A stretch of 64,000 nucleotides of DNA from Eledone cirrhosa (Eukaryota). The stretch is taken from contig OZ024740.1 in NCBI GenBank assembly GCA_964016885.1, positions 218,488,001 through 218,552,000 on the forward strand. The letters run 5' to 3'. The position numbers were made by a program, and so were the translations under genes. Shown piece after piece: positions 1-13,515 of the stretch (within the stretch, counting starts at the first letter, position 1; every line of letters begins with the position of its first letter). The notes under the pieces were generated by a model. That model saw only the letters and a program-made list of their open reading frames with translations. It was not told where the DNA came from and ran no database searches.

Positions 1-172
1 AATAGGAGTAGGCATAGCCGTATGGTTAAGACGTCCGCTTCGCAACCCAGAGGTTCCATGTTCGTTTTAAACACGCAGCAACTCGGGAAAGCGTCATTTT
101 TTCAAAAGCCTTGGGTTGATGGGTAGACGGACACAGAGCAGAATCTTGTGATTTATATATACACATATATAT

Positions 173-348
173 GGGCTTCTACAGGACTAAAACTGTTTCA
201 TCCGTATGAAATCATGATTTCATACGAATAAAACAGTTCCAGTCCTGTAGAAGCCCTTTTTATATTAGATATTATGTTCACACTCTACTAATGTATTGAG
301 TACCTTATTAACTGTAGTTACCCCCCGATTTAACTTGGGATCTACACA

Positions 349-350
<2 letters not shown>
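173..350 (+). mobile_element. Palindromic pLTR remnant (arms 173-256) with the 3' half of a hammerhead, in (TA)n
   Basis: Inverted repeat centred near 214. Minus arm reads GAAA CAG..CTG TA GAAGCCC. Downstream ACTC..GAGTAC motif at 282-303. Confidence 0.7.
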
Positions 351-398
<48 letters not shown>

Positions 399-625
399 AT
401 GATCACTTGCACAGTTTCCTTCTACCAAATTACACTCAAAAGGTATAGGTCAATTGAAATCTATAACAAGACATTTCACCTAAATGGCCCATAGTCGGAT
501 CAACCCCTGACCACGTAATAGCAATGAAACTTTTTAATCATACAATTTTTGTGATCATATATATATAAATCTGCCTTCCAAAAAAGGCAACTCCTATCGA
601 TCCTGTAAGTCTCTCATATAGATAC

Positions 626-665
626 TCCCTTGATAATGGGTTTTTAAACCCGAAAATATTTGGGA
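626..665 (+). ncRNA. Type I hammerhead motif, U3-A8 core variant
   Basis: TCCC TTGATAA T GGGTT TTTA AACCC GAAA ATAT TT GGGA: stem I TCCC/GGGA, stem II GGGTT/AACCC, palindromic AATATT stem III. Confidence 0.7.
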
Positions 666-802
666 TTATTAAATTTGCTACGGTAAGATACTTTTGTTAT
701 CTTAGCAATTTTAATTTTCTTTCTAGTGCATTGTTTGGTTTTCAAAATTACTTAAATTTGTGTTTCAACAATGCTTCAAGCAAACTACAACACTCTGATA
801 TA

Positions 803-898
<96 letters not shown>

Positions 899-1427
899 GG
901 GGTGTATATGAAACCATATACTATATGTTTATATACTGTTAATATATATAGACACTATTCCTACAGATATAAATCCTCATGAAGAAACTTTCGTATATTA
1001 CCTCAAGACCTCAATAATTATCTAACTCTCACATGAATATCAAATTAGAAAGTATAATACCAAATTAAAAATCAATGAAGCTGCACTGACAAATTCCTTT
1101 AATGAAGGACGATCAATGAAAGAGCTCTAATTGAATGAAGTCAAATCCAAAGCCTTTCTCGTGCTAATTTCGTGTGTCTCTATTCTTGAAATAAAAAATT
1201 CGGTCTGCTTTAATGTCAGGGTGGCCCCCATATCCAGACAATTCTTCCCAAAATTTATATCTACTCAAAAAGCATACGAAAGTGTTTTCTCCCGGGCAAG
1301 GGAAACACAATAGATTGAACACACATATATATATATATAATATATATATATATATATAATATATATATATAATATATATATATATATATAATATAGTTAT
1401 GTAATAAACAACATAAGGCAAATATTC

Positions 1428-1481
1428 CATTTACCAGTGGTTTCTTAAAAGCAAAAAATTTTGCTTTCAATCATCAGAATG
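1428..1481 (-). ncRNA. Type I hammerhead ribozyme motif
   Basis: Minus strand CATT CTGATGA TTGAAAGCAAAATTTTTTGCTTTTAA GAAA CCACTGG TA AATG: canonical core, three stems, GUA cleavage triplet. Confidence 0.88.
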
Positions 1482-1559
1482 AAAAAATGCTGGTCTATTT
1501 ATTGAATTGGATTCTTTAAGAATCCAATTCAATAAATAGACCAGGATTTTTCCCAGGGG

Positions 1560-3436
1560 AATGGTTCGGAACCATTCCTCCCAAGAACTCCGAGGATAAA
1601 TCTCAAGGATCACAAAAACAATTTTCGTACTGAACTACCTGTTAGACTAATCGCCCCCTGTAAATCAGATCTGGGGGTTGTTAGCAAAGCCATCTTGGAT
1701 AGAATTATCCCACAGGTTCGTTCTAATTGCTCTTCTTTGAAATTAAATTTATGGTTTGGTACTTCTGAAGTGATTGGCTGGTTCAACAAATTGAATAAGA
1801 AAAATAAACAAAAATTTATTCAATTTGATATTGCCAGCTACTATTCTTCTATTTCGCCCTCACTTCTCAACAATGCTCTATCTTTCGCTTACAAATATTC
1901 AGACATCACCACAGATGAACTTCACATCATTCTCACCGCACGTAAAACCATCCTAGAGTTCAACAATGAATATTGGACCAGAGCTGATACCTCTAACAAC
2001 TTTGACATCACAATGGGAGCATCCGATTCATCCCAATTGACAGATTTAATTGGTATTTTTATTTTGAACTCTTTGAATCGGAAAATTCCTCAACTTCGCG
2101 GTGGAATTTATCGTGACGATGGACTCTTTACTATCTTAAATTGCAACATAGTTAACCTTAATATTATTAAGAACAATATACGTAATCTCTTTAACCAACA
2201 TAACTTAAAAATTGAATTTGATAACAGCATCAAACTAGCTAATTTCTTGGATGTATCTCTTAATCTTGACACTGGCCTATATTACCCTTACCATAAAAAC
2301 AATGAGAACCTAAATTATGTTAATTTTAAATCTAACCATTCCACTAATATTAAGAATGCTATAGTTAGTAATATTGGAAAAAGAATATCTAACCTATCTT
2401 CTAATAAAACATCTTTGATGCTAACGCCAATTACTATAATAACGCGCTTTCTAAAGCCGGTTATCCTGATAAAATCAAATATAGTAAAGAAACAAATTCT
2501 AGAAGATCTTACAGTAGAATAATTAATCATGATCATTCTAATAACTTTAATAAAAGACCTAGATACAAAAACATAATCTGGTCTAATGCTCCTTTCTCCA
2601 TCTCTATTAATAATAATATTCCTAAATTATTCTTTAGTGCCTTAAATAAATGTTTCCCTCCCTCACATATCTATAGTAAAATATTTAACAAACACACTAT
2701 AAAATTCTCCTATTCGACCTCCTCCAACGTCTCCAACATTATCTCTAAACACAACAATAAAATACTAAATACTAAATCTCTTCCTTCCAACACTGAATAT
2801 CATAATAATAGTAATAGTACTGCCGACGTCATTGTTAACTCTAGGCTAATTTCTGCAAACCCAAATACAACGTCAAACGCAACTTCGCTAAATGTTCTTA
2901 ATCCCATTCTAAATCAAGAAACTATTATTCCTATCGTAAATAACTTCTCCAATCCAATATCTTCTATAGATAACACTAGGTCACTTGTTAATCTCTCTAA
3001 TCGCAATTGCAATTGCCCTGTTAAAAATAAATGTCCTCTCAACAACCATTGTCTTGAAAAAAACTTAATCTACGAATGTAATGTTATGACTGACACCAAC
3101 TCCTTTACCTATTTTGGCTCCACTGCCAACTCCTTTAAAGCTCGTCTTTATAATCATCATTCGTCTTTTAAATACCAACTTAAAAGAACCAACACGGCAC
3201 TCTCAGAACTCATATGGTCCTTGAAAGACAAAAATATTAACTATAACATCTCTCGGAAAAAGGTTTCTTCTGCTTCTTCATACTTGAACAGTTCTCTATC
3301 CAAGACATGCAATCTCTGTTTATGTGAAAAAATTACCATTATATCTAATTTAGATTCTATAATAAATAGACGCACTGACTTGTTCTCTCTCTGCTTGCAT
3401 AAATTCCACAGAACATTCCATAAAGTATACAGCTAA
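1560..3436 (+). pseudogene. Disrupted PLE pol ORF (reverse transcriptase, thumb, Cys-rich linker, GIY-YIG endonuclease)
   Basis: ORFs 1695-2522 and 3086-3436 plus an intervening frame (IFDANANYYNNALSKAGY..KNIIWSNAPFS) are colinear with the 27400-28674 ORF. Confidence 0.9.
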
Positions 3437-4437
3437 TATCTAATACTTTACCAATTTAAAATCCTTTTCTCAAAGGCACATATATATATATACATATATA
3501 TTTCTTTAAAAATATACCCATCTTTCTACCTTATTTCAATGTTATTTATTATACACTATATAATACTAGTTACTCGTTCTATTTCACTCCTATTTATCAC
3601 TTCCCTTTCTTTCTTTTTTCCTTTTTTCTTTTCTTTTCTCTTTCTTTTCTCTTTCTTTTAATTTCTAACCCCTAATCTGTACCTTTTCTTCCTAGACACT
3701 TCTCAATTATCATTGTGCTTAACATTGTGCTAAATTATTAGACAGCACAATATATTCTTACTTTATATCACCTTAAAAAAATCCTTCTTAAACATAAACA
3801 TTTTTTTGACGTTAGATTATTCATCCTCAATTCATTATTTTTTTCTCCCTTTAATGCTCATCTAACTTATACGTATTACACTTATTCATCCTCTCTTCTA
3901 CTTCTTTCACAATATATCCTTAATTACATTACTATGCTATATTTTTATATTTTTATATTTTTTTATATTTTTTAATAATACATATCAACAATTTCTTTCC
4001 ATCGCACATATTATTAAACCATTAAATATTATTCTTAATACATATTAACAATTTCTTTTCATCGCACATATTATTAAACCCTTAAATATACAAACCTGAA
4101 TTTAACATTTTCTAAATTTTTCTCTTCGTTAATTTTCAAATTCTTTTAATTTATATATTATCTTCCAACGGTTTTTCAACCTCTATGTAAAACAATATAT
4201 TTTTTCTCAGTTATAAAAGCTATCTCTCTCTCTCTCTATCACCCATCTCATCCTTCCTCATTATACTCCTCCACCCTCCACTTTTACTCTCATCTCCTCC
4301 TCTTTTTCATCCTTCCCCCCCCCCCCCTCAATTCCCCCCCCCCCCAATATTACACATCAATCTAAAACTACTTTTCATATGTTGATTTAAAACTGCACTA
4401 TTCACAAGTGTGTTTTAACCTTCATATCATGTTTCCC

Positions 4438-4505
4438 TATTTTATCTGACGAAAACGCAAATATTATTGCATGATGATAGTTGTTTTTGAAATGCGCATA
4501 AAATA
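4438..4505 (+). ncRNA. Hammerhead motif in the pLTR of the 1550-4635 PLE (degenerate copy)
   Basis: TATTTTAT CTGACGA ..long stem II.. GAAA TGCGCA TA AAATA; 3 nt shorter at the cleavage site/stem I than the 39245 copy. Confidence 0.75.
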
Positions 4506-4632
4506 CATGGAACTCTTTTAACCATCTTTTGATCTTATATATTATTATTTATACTCCAGTCCTACAAACTGTAGAGTGCTACTTATCCGATATCTGCATT
4601 GGTTTATTGTACTACAAAAAAACTCACCTCCT

Positions 4633-4749
4633 ACATATATGTATATATATATGTATATAAATATATATGTATATATATATGTATATGTATATATACGTAT
4701 ATGTATATATATGTATATATATGATATATTGTATATATATATGTATATG

Positions 4750-4816
<67 letters not shown>

Positions 4817-4845
4817 GTATATATATATATGTATATATATATATG

Positions 4846-4926
<81 letters not shown>

Positions 4927-4947
4927 GTAATATATATATATATATGT

Positions 4948-4979
<32 letters not shown>

Positions 4980-5350
4980 GTATATATATATGTATGTATG
5001 TATATATATGTATATATGTATATGTATATATATATGTATGTATATATATATGTATGTATATATATATATATGTATATATGTATATATATATGTATGTATG
5101 CATATATATGTATATATGTATGTATATATATATATATGTATGTATATATATATATATGTATATGTATATATGTATGTATGTATATATATGTATATATGTA
5201 TGTATATATATATATATGTATGTATATGTATATATATATGTATATATATATATATATGTATATATATATGTATATATATATGTATATATATATGTATATA
5301 TATATGTATATATATGTATATATATATGTATATATATATATATGTATATA

Positions 5351-5383
<33 letters not shown>

Positions 5384-5488
5384 ATATATATGTATATATA
5401 TGTGTATATATATATGTATATATATATGTATATATATATATGTATATATATATGTATATATATATGTATATATATATATATGTATATA

Positions 5489-5528
<40 letters not shown>

Positions 5529-5581
5529 ATATATATTGTTATATATATATGTATATATATATATATTATATATATGATATA

Positions 5582-5624
<43 letters not shown>

Positions 5625-5637
5625 GTATATGTATATA

Positions 5638-5680
<43 letters not shown>

Positions 5681-5870
5681 GTATATGTATATATATATGT
5701 ATATATATATATATATGTGTATATATATATGTATATATATATATGTATATATATATATGTTATGTATATATGTATATATATATATGTATATATATGTGTA
5801 TATATATATGTATATATATATATGTATATATATATATGTGTATGTATATATGTATATATATATATGTATA

Positions 5871-5945
<75 letters not shown>

Positions 5946-5947
5946 TA

Positions 5948-6044
<97 letters not shown>

Positions 6045-6142
6045 GTATTATATATGTATATATATGTATATATATATGTATATATATATGTATATATATA
6101 TGTATATATATATGTATATATATATGTATATATATGTATATA

Positions 6143-6180
<38 letters not shown>

Positions 6181-6181
6181 G

Positions 6182-6230
<49 letters not shown>

Positions 6231-6243
6231 GTATATATATATG

Positions 6244-6275
<32 letters not shown>

Positions 6276-6312
6276 TATAATGTATATATATATATATGTA
6301 TATATATATATG

Positions 6313-6343
<31 letters not shown>

Positions 6344-6344
6344 G

Positions 6345-6395
<51 letters not shown>

Positions 6396-6466
6396 GTATA
6401 TATATATATGTATATATATATATGTATATATATATATGTATATATATATATGTATATATATATATG

Positions 6467-6523
<57 letters not shown>

Positions 6524-6538
6524 GTATATATATATATG

Positions 6539-6583
<45 letters not shown>

Positions 6584-6668
6584 GTATATATATATATGTA
6601 TATATATATATGTATATATATATATGTATATATATATATGTATATATATATATGAATATATATATATG

Positions 6669-6717
<49 letters not shown>

Positions 6718-6718
6718 G

Positions 6719-6750
<32 letters not shown>

Positions 6751-6758
6751 TATGTATG

Positions 6759-6807
<49 letters not shown>

Positions 6808-6822
6808 GTATATATATATATG

Positions 6823-6885
<63 letters not shown>

Positions 6886-6979
6886 GTATATATGTATATA
6901 TATATATGTATATATATATATGTATATATATATATGTTATATATATATATGTATATATATATATGTATATATATATATG

Positions 6980-7024
<45 letters not shown>

Positions 7025-7037
7025 GTATATATATATG

Positions 7038-7084
<47 letters not shown>

Positions 7085-7143
7085 TGAATATATATGTATA
7101 TATATATGTATATATATATGTATATATATGTATATATATATGT

Positions 7144-7177
<34 letters not shown>

Positions 7178-7214
7178 GTATATATATGTATATGTATGTA
7201 TGTATATATATATG

Positions 7215-7247
<33 letters not shown>

Positions 7248-7322
7248 GTATATATATGTATGTATGTATATATATGTATGTATTTATGTATGTATATATA
7301 TATGTATATATATATATGTATG

Positions 7323-7353
<31 letters not shown>

Positions 7354-7358
7354 GTATG

Positions 7359-7391
<33 letters not shown>

Positions 7392-7452
7392 GTATATATA
7401 TATATGTATGTATATATATTATAGTATATGTATATATATATATATATGTATG

Positions 7453-7487
<35 letters not shown>

Positions 7488-7492
7488 GTATG

Positions 7493-7528
<36 letters not shown>

Positions 7529-7633
7529 TGTATGTATATATATATATGTATGTATATATATATCATGTAGTATATATGTATATATATATGTATATATATA
7601 TATATATATGTATGTATATATATATTATATATG

Positions 7634-7688
<55 letters not shown>

Positions 7689-7693
7689 GTATG

Positions 7694-7726
<33 letters not shown>

Positions 7727-7731
7727 GTTTG

Positions 7732-7762
<31 letters not shown>

Positions 7763-8260
7763 ATTATATATATATATATGTATGTATGTATATATATATA
7801 TGTATGTATGTATGTATATATATATATGTATGTATATATATATGTATGTATGTATATATAATGTACTGTATGTATGTATATATATGTATGTATGTATGTA
7901 TATATATATATGTATGTATGTATATATATGTATGTATGTATGTATATACATATATATACATACATACATATATATAATACATAATATATATATCATACAT
8001 ACATACATTATTACTATACATACATACTATATACATACATACATATATATATATACATACATATATATATATACATACATACATACATATATATATACAT
8101 ACTATATACATACATATATAATTATATATACATATACATACATATATAATATATATATATACATACATACATATATATATATAACATATATATATATATA
8201 TAACTATACATACATATATATATATATATATATAATATATACATATATATATATATTATG

Positions 8261-8291
<31 letters not shown>
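4633..8291. repeat. 3.6-kb (TA)n/(TATG)n compound microsatellite running into the gap
   Basis: Direct reading. Similar tracts at 18955-19840, 20915-22115, 26245-26770, 39345-40545, 57780-58870 and many shorter ones. Confidence 0.98.
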
Positions 8292-8491
8292 NNNNNNNNN
8301 NNNNNNNNNNNNNNNNNNNNNNNNNNNNNNNNNNNNNNNNNNNNNNNNNNNNNNNNNNNNNNNNNNNNNNNNNNNNNNNNNNNNNNNNNNNNNNNNNNNN
8401 NNNNNNNNNNNNNNNNNNNNNNNNNNNNNNNNNNNNNNNNNNNNNNNNNNNNNNNNNNNNNNNNNNNNNNNNNNNNNNNNNNNNNNNNNNN
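8292..8491. other. Assembly gap (200 N)
   Basis: Run of N. Confidence 1.
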
Positions 8492-8569
8492 AAAGCATTC
8501 ACTTGACGTCATCAACATCGTCACAGATGGCCAACGGATGAAGCTAGTCTAAAGTCTGTCTTAAGCCAA

Positions 8570-8810
8570 AAAGCTCATTTGACCGGTGCTTATCCCGGCT
8601 TCATAGCGTGAAGCGACTGAGAGTACTAGACTTCCCCCTGGACAGGACGCCAGTCCATTGCCGGGTTAAACCCCAGCTATTGCTGGTACTGAGTTTACTG
8701 GAGCAACGTGAAATGAAGTGTTTTGCTCAAGAACACAACACGCAACCCAGGAATCGAACCCACGACATTATGATCGTAAGTCCAACACCCTTATCACTAG
8801 GCCACGTGCC
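8570..8810 (-). mobile_element. tRNA-derived SINE with CORE-like and V-like domains
   Basis: Minus strand GGCACGTGGCCTAGTG..GGTTCGATTCC..GTGTTCTTGAGCAAAACACTT..ATGGACTGGCGTCCTGTCCAGGGG. Confidence 0.75.
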
Positions 8811-10196
8811 AGAGAATTCAGAGAACACGCAGGATTTTGGACATTCTGTTTTGGTATTTTAAAAGAACCTTTTATAGCCATTTTCTCCTCTAAAGCATGA
8901 ACCATCTTTACGGGAACCATGATAGACTTCATACTTATCATGTGGTTCTTTTTCATGCAATGCTTTATAGTGAGAAGCTCTTCCTGGCATCAACCCTTTT
9001 AGTTGCTTCTTATGACATGCGGGGGTACGATGTATCTATTCTAAACCGGGTATACACCGAGTTTTCTTTTTTTTTCTTTTAAGTGGGCAAGATAAAATAA
9101 TTCATCTTTTTGTCGTTCGATGTACTGCACATACCAACTGACTCCTGCAACGTTTATGCCTACCTTATTTCTCCCCACGAAGAGACGTTTGCCCGGGGTA
9201 CCACATAGCTGAGTCCGACTCAGAAACACGCGATTGCAAAGCGAGTGCAAATTGGTACCGCCCTGTTATTACCTTTAGATATGTATTTCCCGAATGATGT
9301 GAGAGATGTGGGCAGTTTCCTGATGGGGGTCAAACTACACATCGTTTTCGATCTACGAAGAAATATGCAATTGAAACATGTTTACATATCAACATATATA
9401 ATTGTGTCTATTTACATACATATATCTCACAGCTTCAGTTAAATCCTGTAGTATTATTGTACAAATATCTGCTTACTACTTAATTGAAAATATAATTGAA
9501 TTAACTACCACCGTAGGTAAGTAAGCAAATTGCTACCTCTTGTTTGCCATTACTGCCACATTTCATGTGTTTATAAAATCTTTAGTTACGTAATTCTCTG
9601 TGGGATGTGAGGGATGTAGGCACTTTCTGAAGATAGTTCCAACAATAACCGAACCTCGTGTCAAGCTGTTCTTCATTTTTCGATCGACGAAAAGGACATA
9701 AATAAACATGTTTACATGTCTACATATATAAATGTGTTTCATTCATATTTTTGCAGATTTAGTTGAATTCTATACTATTTCTATACAGATATGTATTTAT
9801 AGTAAGCTTCAGATGCTTAGTGCACAATTTAATAATCTGTAACGATCTACCATTAGTTGTATTCAACATTTTTATCATTTTTATCTTGACACTTCACTTT
9901 TTTAAATGGCTTAAGTGATATTTTCAAATTTAAACCTTCAACGCACTAGGAAATTTCAAGTTGCTTTCCTTTCGTTCTTTCTTGACAAAACGATTTGGAA
10001 AATAATCTAACCTTTAAACTATTTCTACATTTTTTTTTCACCTTATACGTTAAATGTTTTGAGGGTTTATTTGAGCTCTAACGACATAGAGACTTCTTTG
10101 TGGCTTCTTTAAAAATTAAATATTAAATTTTAATAGTATTTCATTCATTCATGTACAATTTAACATCTACTCGTATTGTACTAACTACAGATTAAG

Positions 10197-10256
<60 letters not shown>

Positions 10257-10399
10257 AGAGGAAATAGGAACATTATCCACTGAAAGTTCCTTAAACCCTG
10301 CAGAAGGGGCTTTTCGGTGTCGAAATATTGGACAGAAAAAAACAACAGCAACAACAAAAAACAAACATTACCAGGTAACTTACTTTTCGTTACCTCATC

Positions 10400-10982
10400 T
10401 TACAGTTCATTTTACATTGTTTCACCTTCTATCTGTTTCAACGTTGTGTTGGTGAACATTACACTCCGGTATTTATTGCTATCATACCATGAGTTGGTTT
10501 TATTTGCCTTATTCCTAATCCTTTCTATTCTGTTCCAAAATTTGCTCCTATACATGGGGCAAGTTCCATTTGCATCATTTTCTACAATCTTTGCCCATTT
10601 GGTTCTAGCTTCTTTATATACCCTGATATTGTCTCTCTGAGTGTTACCAGTGTACACAGTGGATGAAGTGTTGTATGTGTCTCTCTAATTCTTTAGGGTT
10701 GCACATGCGCGACACATTCCTCATTCCTCTTACTAAATCTGGTATCAGTATGTTGACTTTCATGTTTTCAGAAACAGCTGAGTTTCGGTGGATCAGGTAC
10801 TTGAAGGTCATGGGTTTGGCATAATGCAAATGGAGGATTTGCGTTCTATTACTAATAGTTTCCAACCAGAGTTCTGTGTCTAGTTCGGGTAATCTATGGT
10901 TGGGGTGTTTAGTTGGGTAATCTATAGGAACTTTAATACTCTGGTGGATGGAGTTAGCTATTTGCTGGATGCTTTCCATGGT

Positions 10983-10983
<1 letters not shown>
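10400..10983 (-). mobile_element. Penelope-like element fragment from a different clade (RT thumb region)
   Basis: TMESIQQIANSIHQSIKVPIDYP..LPELDTELW..ILHLHYAKPM..PMYRSKFW..SWY..SVMF resembles the post-catalytic region of invertebrate PLEs. Lies between (TA)n and (CA)n tracts. Confidence 0.7.
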
Positions 10984-11036
<53 letters not shown>

Positions 11037-12646
11037 ATTGTTTCTACTTTTGGCACAAGGCCAGCAATTACCCAGTGCATTACTGGTACATTATTTTATC
11101 GACCCCGTATTTGAACTCAGAATGGCAAGGACCGTAACTCTATACGTCAAAGCATGGCGTCCAACCCTCTACCGATACTGCCAGTGTGTGTGATATGATG
11201 GGTCTCAGTCATTTGTCTAAAGTTTAGTCAATCATATCGACTCTAGTAGTTATATTATCGATCGCTACTTGTCAATCGAACATTAAATTTATGTGAATGT
11301 TTATCCGTCTTCCAAAAAACAAGTTTATAGCATACAACTATGCGCTGTGTACGAATGAAGTATCTCGCCATATTCATTGTCACTGCATTATCATTCATAA
11401 TAATTAGTCATATACCCTACGTTGTAATATCAAGAGAGAAGTGTTACTACTTCCACATCAGAAACCAAGACATTATTACAATACGTCACCTGATTCGTAA
11501 ATAATATGTAATTATCTGGTCTTCTATACAATTTTGAATCTACTGAGATTTAGTTCATGTTTATATATATATATATATATATATATTCTATAGCATTTTC
11601 CTCCAATATATATATATATAATAACTTTCTATGTCATGAAATAGTTTTAATCATTCATAGTAAAATTACAAATGATTATAACTCTTGCTAAATTGTTGAG
11701 AGATTCCTAATGTTAGTTTGATTCCGGGGGAAATGGTGGTTATTCCCAAATAACTTTGGCAATTTATTTTGTAATATTTCATATTATACACTCAACAACT
11801 TTTATGAATCGAACTTTCTACTTGATTTCTTCACTTTTCTTCAATACTGTGACGAAAATTGATTTCAATACGGAAATGAATGAACATAGAGTGGGTTTCC
11901 GTCGATTTTGATGACAAATGTTCCAGTTGATCGGAATCGCCTGGTCGGCAGTAAGTTATTGTATCGTGCAAGAGGCTTTGACACAGTTTTCACTGAGGTT
12001 CAATAAGACACAGTGAATAACAAAGCCAAGCATTTGAATTACAGGTACGGTCCAATCGGCGGGTTTCCAAAGAGTTTTTGGTAGCCCAATTTCATTCACA
12101 AGGCTTAGTCGACCTGAAGCTATGGTAAAAGACACTTGCACAAGATGCTACTCAATGGAATAGAATTTAGGACCTAATGAATGCATTTTAGCCATTCAGC
12201 CATGCAACATCCACTCATCTCAATATAAGTATAAATCAAAAATATGTAAGAAGGGTCAGTAATATACTCCAAAGTTGCAGCATGCAGTAAACTTTATACA
12301 GCGGACCCGCATCATACGATGTTTTAAATGGTGTGGTTTTGAACATACACGATCGAATTCTTCTTTTTTTTTATTCCAAGAACTAAAGCTTTTAACGTTC
12401 TGTTTCACATGAGTGACAGGTCACTTTTGAGTGCTACTGGTAACATGTAATCCAGTACAACCTGTACCGGCAACCCCACCAAGTTTAATTGGTGAGGAGG
12501 GTGATTCTGGACAAAAAACAAAACCTAACATAGGGCGGAAGAACTCATAAGAGTCAACGGCCATCCAAAAAGGTGTAAATATGTATATACTGTATGGGTG
12601 CGGGTGTGTGTAGGATTGATTGCAGGTTTGTCTGTGTATATATGTG

Positions 12647-12678
<32 letters not shown>

Positions 12679-13347
12679 TTTTTTTAAATCCTGCTAAATC
12701 AATGGGTGGCAGTAGTTCCAGTGCACGCATCGAAAGACTAGTGTAGTGGTTCTGAGAACAATGCAGCTTTGCAGATGATCAATGCAAATTGACAATGGAA
12801 AGACGCTTCTGCTCGAATTAGAAGCAAACTATTGACTTTCAGGAGAAGCAGCCACTCCTGATTGTATTCAGCAACCGAAACACATATATTCACATGAAAC
12901 CGAATTTTATAATGTGAGACAGAAAAACTCTACCCCTTACTGCTATCATTCTTTACCTGAATGTTCAAACCATTAACGTATATAAGCACTTTTATAAAAG
13001 AGTCTTAAACAGGCAGTTCTTAAATAACGTGGGAGGGAAATAATTGACCCTTGTAAAATGCGAGCACACTATTGATTTACAAAATAGTTTAAACAATGTG
13101 GAAAACATAAGCCTACCATTATAAGCTTTCTTTATGTTGTCAACGTAGGCTGATTTCACCGCTCTTCATTATCGACTTATTGCCGTATGTTTCGCGTCTT
13201 TTTTTTAATATAAAAAGAAAACGGAAAAAAGATTGATAGTATTATTTAAGATTTTCATTCAGTGTAAAGAAACCGAGCTGATTATTACATCAAATTTTGG
13301 GGAGTAAAATAGTGTGCGATACTTGTTTTAATTAATCTCCTAACATA

Positions 13348-13515
13348 CCGTATTTCTCGGCGCCAAAGACGCTTCGTCCTCGAGGACGTACCCTAATTTT
13401 GACTACCAAAAATTAAAAAAATAATAATAAACAACCTTCGGCCTCCAGGACGTATGGTAGATTTTTTAGACTTATTTTAAGAGAAAAGTAGCGTCTTCGA
13501 CGCCGGGAAATACGG
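13348..13515. mobile_element. Tc1/mariner (Tc2/pogo-like) MITE
   Basis: TIRs CCGTATTTCTCGGCGCCAAAGACGC / GCGTCTTCGACGCCGGGAAATACGG; TA on the left, TG on the right. Confidence 0.8.

Larger units (their letters stand above)
1550..4635 (+). mobile_element. Penelope-like retroelement (RT + C-terminal GIY-YIG), 5'-truncated and frameshifted, with pyrimidine-rich 3' region and hammerhead-bearing pLTR; probably Naiad-type
   Basis: Translation gives PRINLKDHKNNF..RLIAPCKSDLG, IQFDIASYYSSI, FDITMGASDS, GIYRDDGL, NFLDVSLNL..YYPYHK. Frameshift near 2410. Then CNCPVKNKCPLNNHCLEKNLIY..YFGST..FKARLYNH..CNLC (about 3005-3436). pLTR about 4376-4635 matches the family at 38912-39352 and ends in (TA)n. Clade label is from memory of motifs, not a phylogeny. 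Confidence 0.93.

Noticed and set aside
4576-8552. Long Y/I/M/C/V-rich ORFs here and at 18.4-22 kb, 26 kb, 39-40 kb, 57-62 kb
   Set aside because: Translations of (TA)n, (TATG)n and (CA)n, which lack stop codons; not genes.
10285-10335. Possible hammerhead (CTGAAAG..GAAATATTGGA)
   Set aside because: The core does not fit CUGANGA and is itself paired in a hairpin; at most a half motif.
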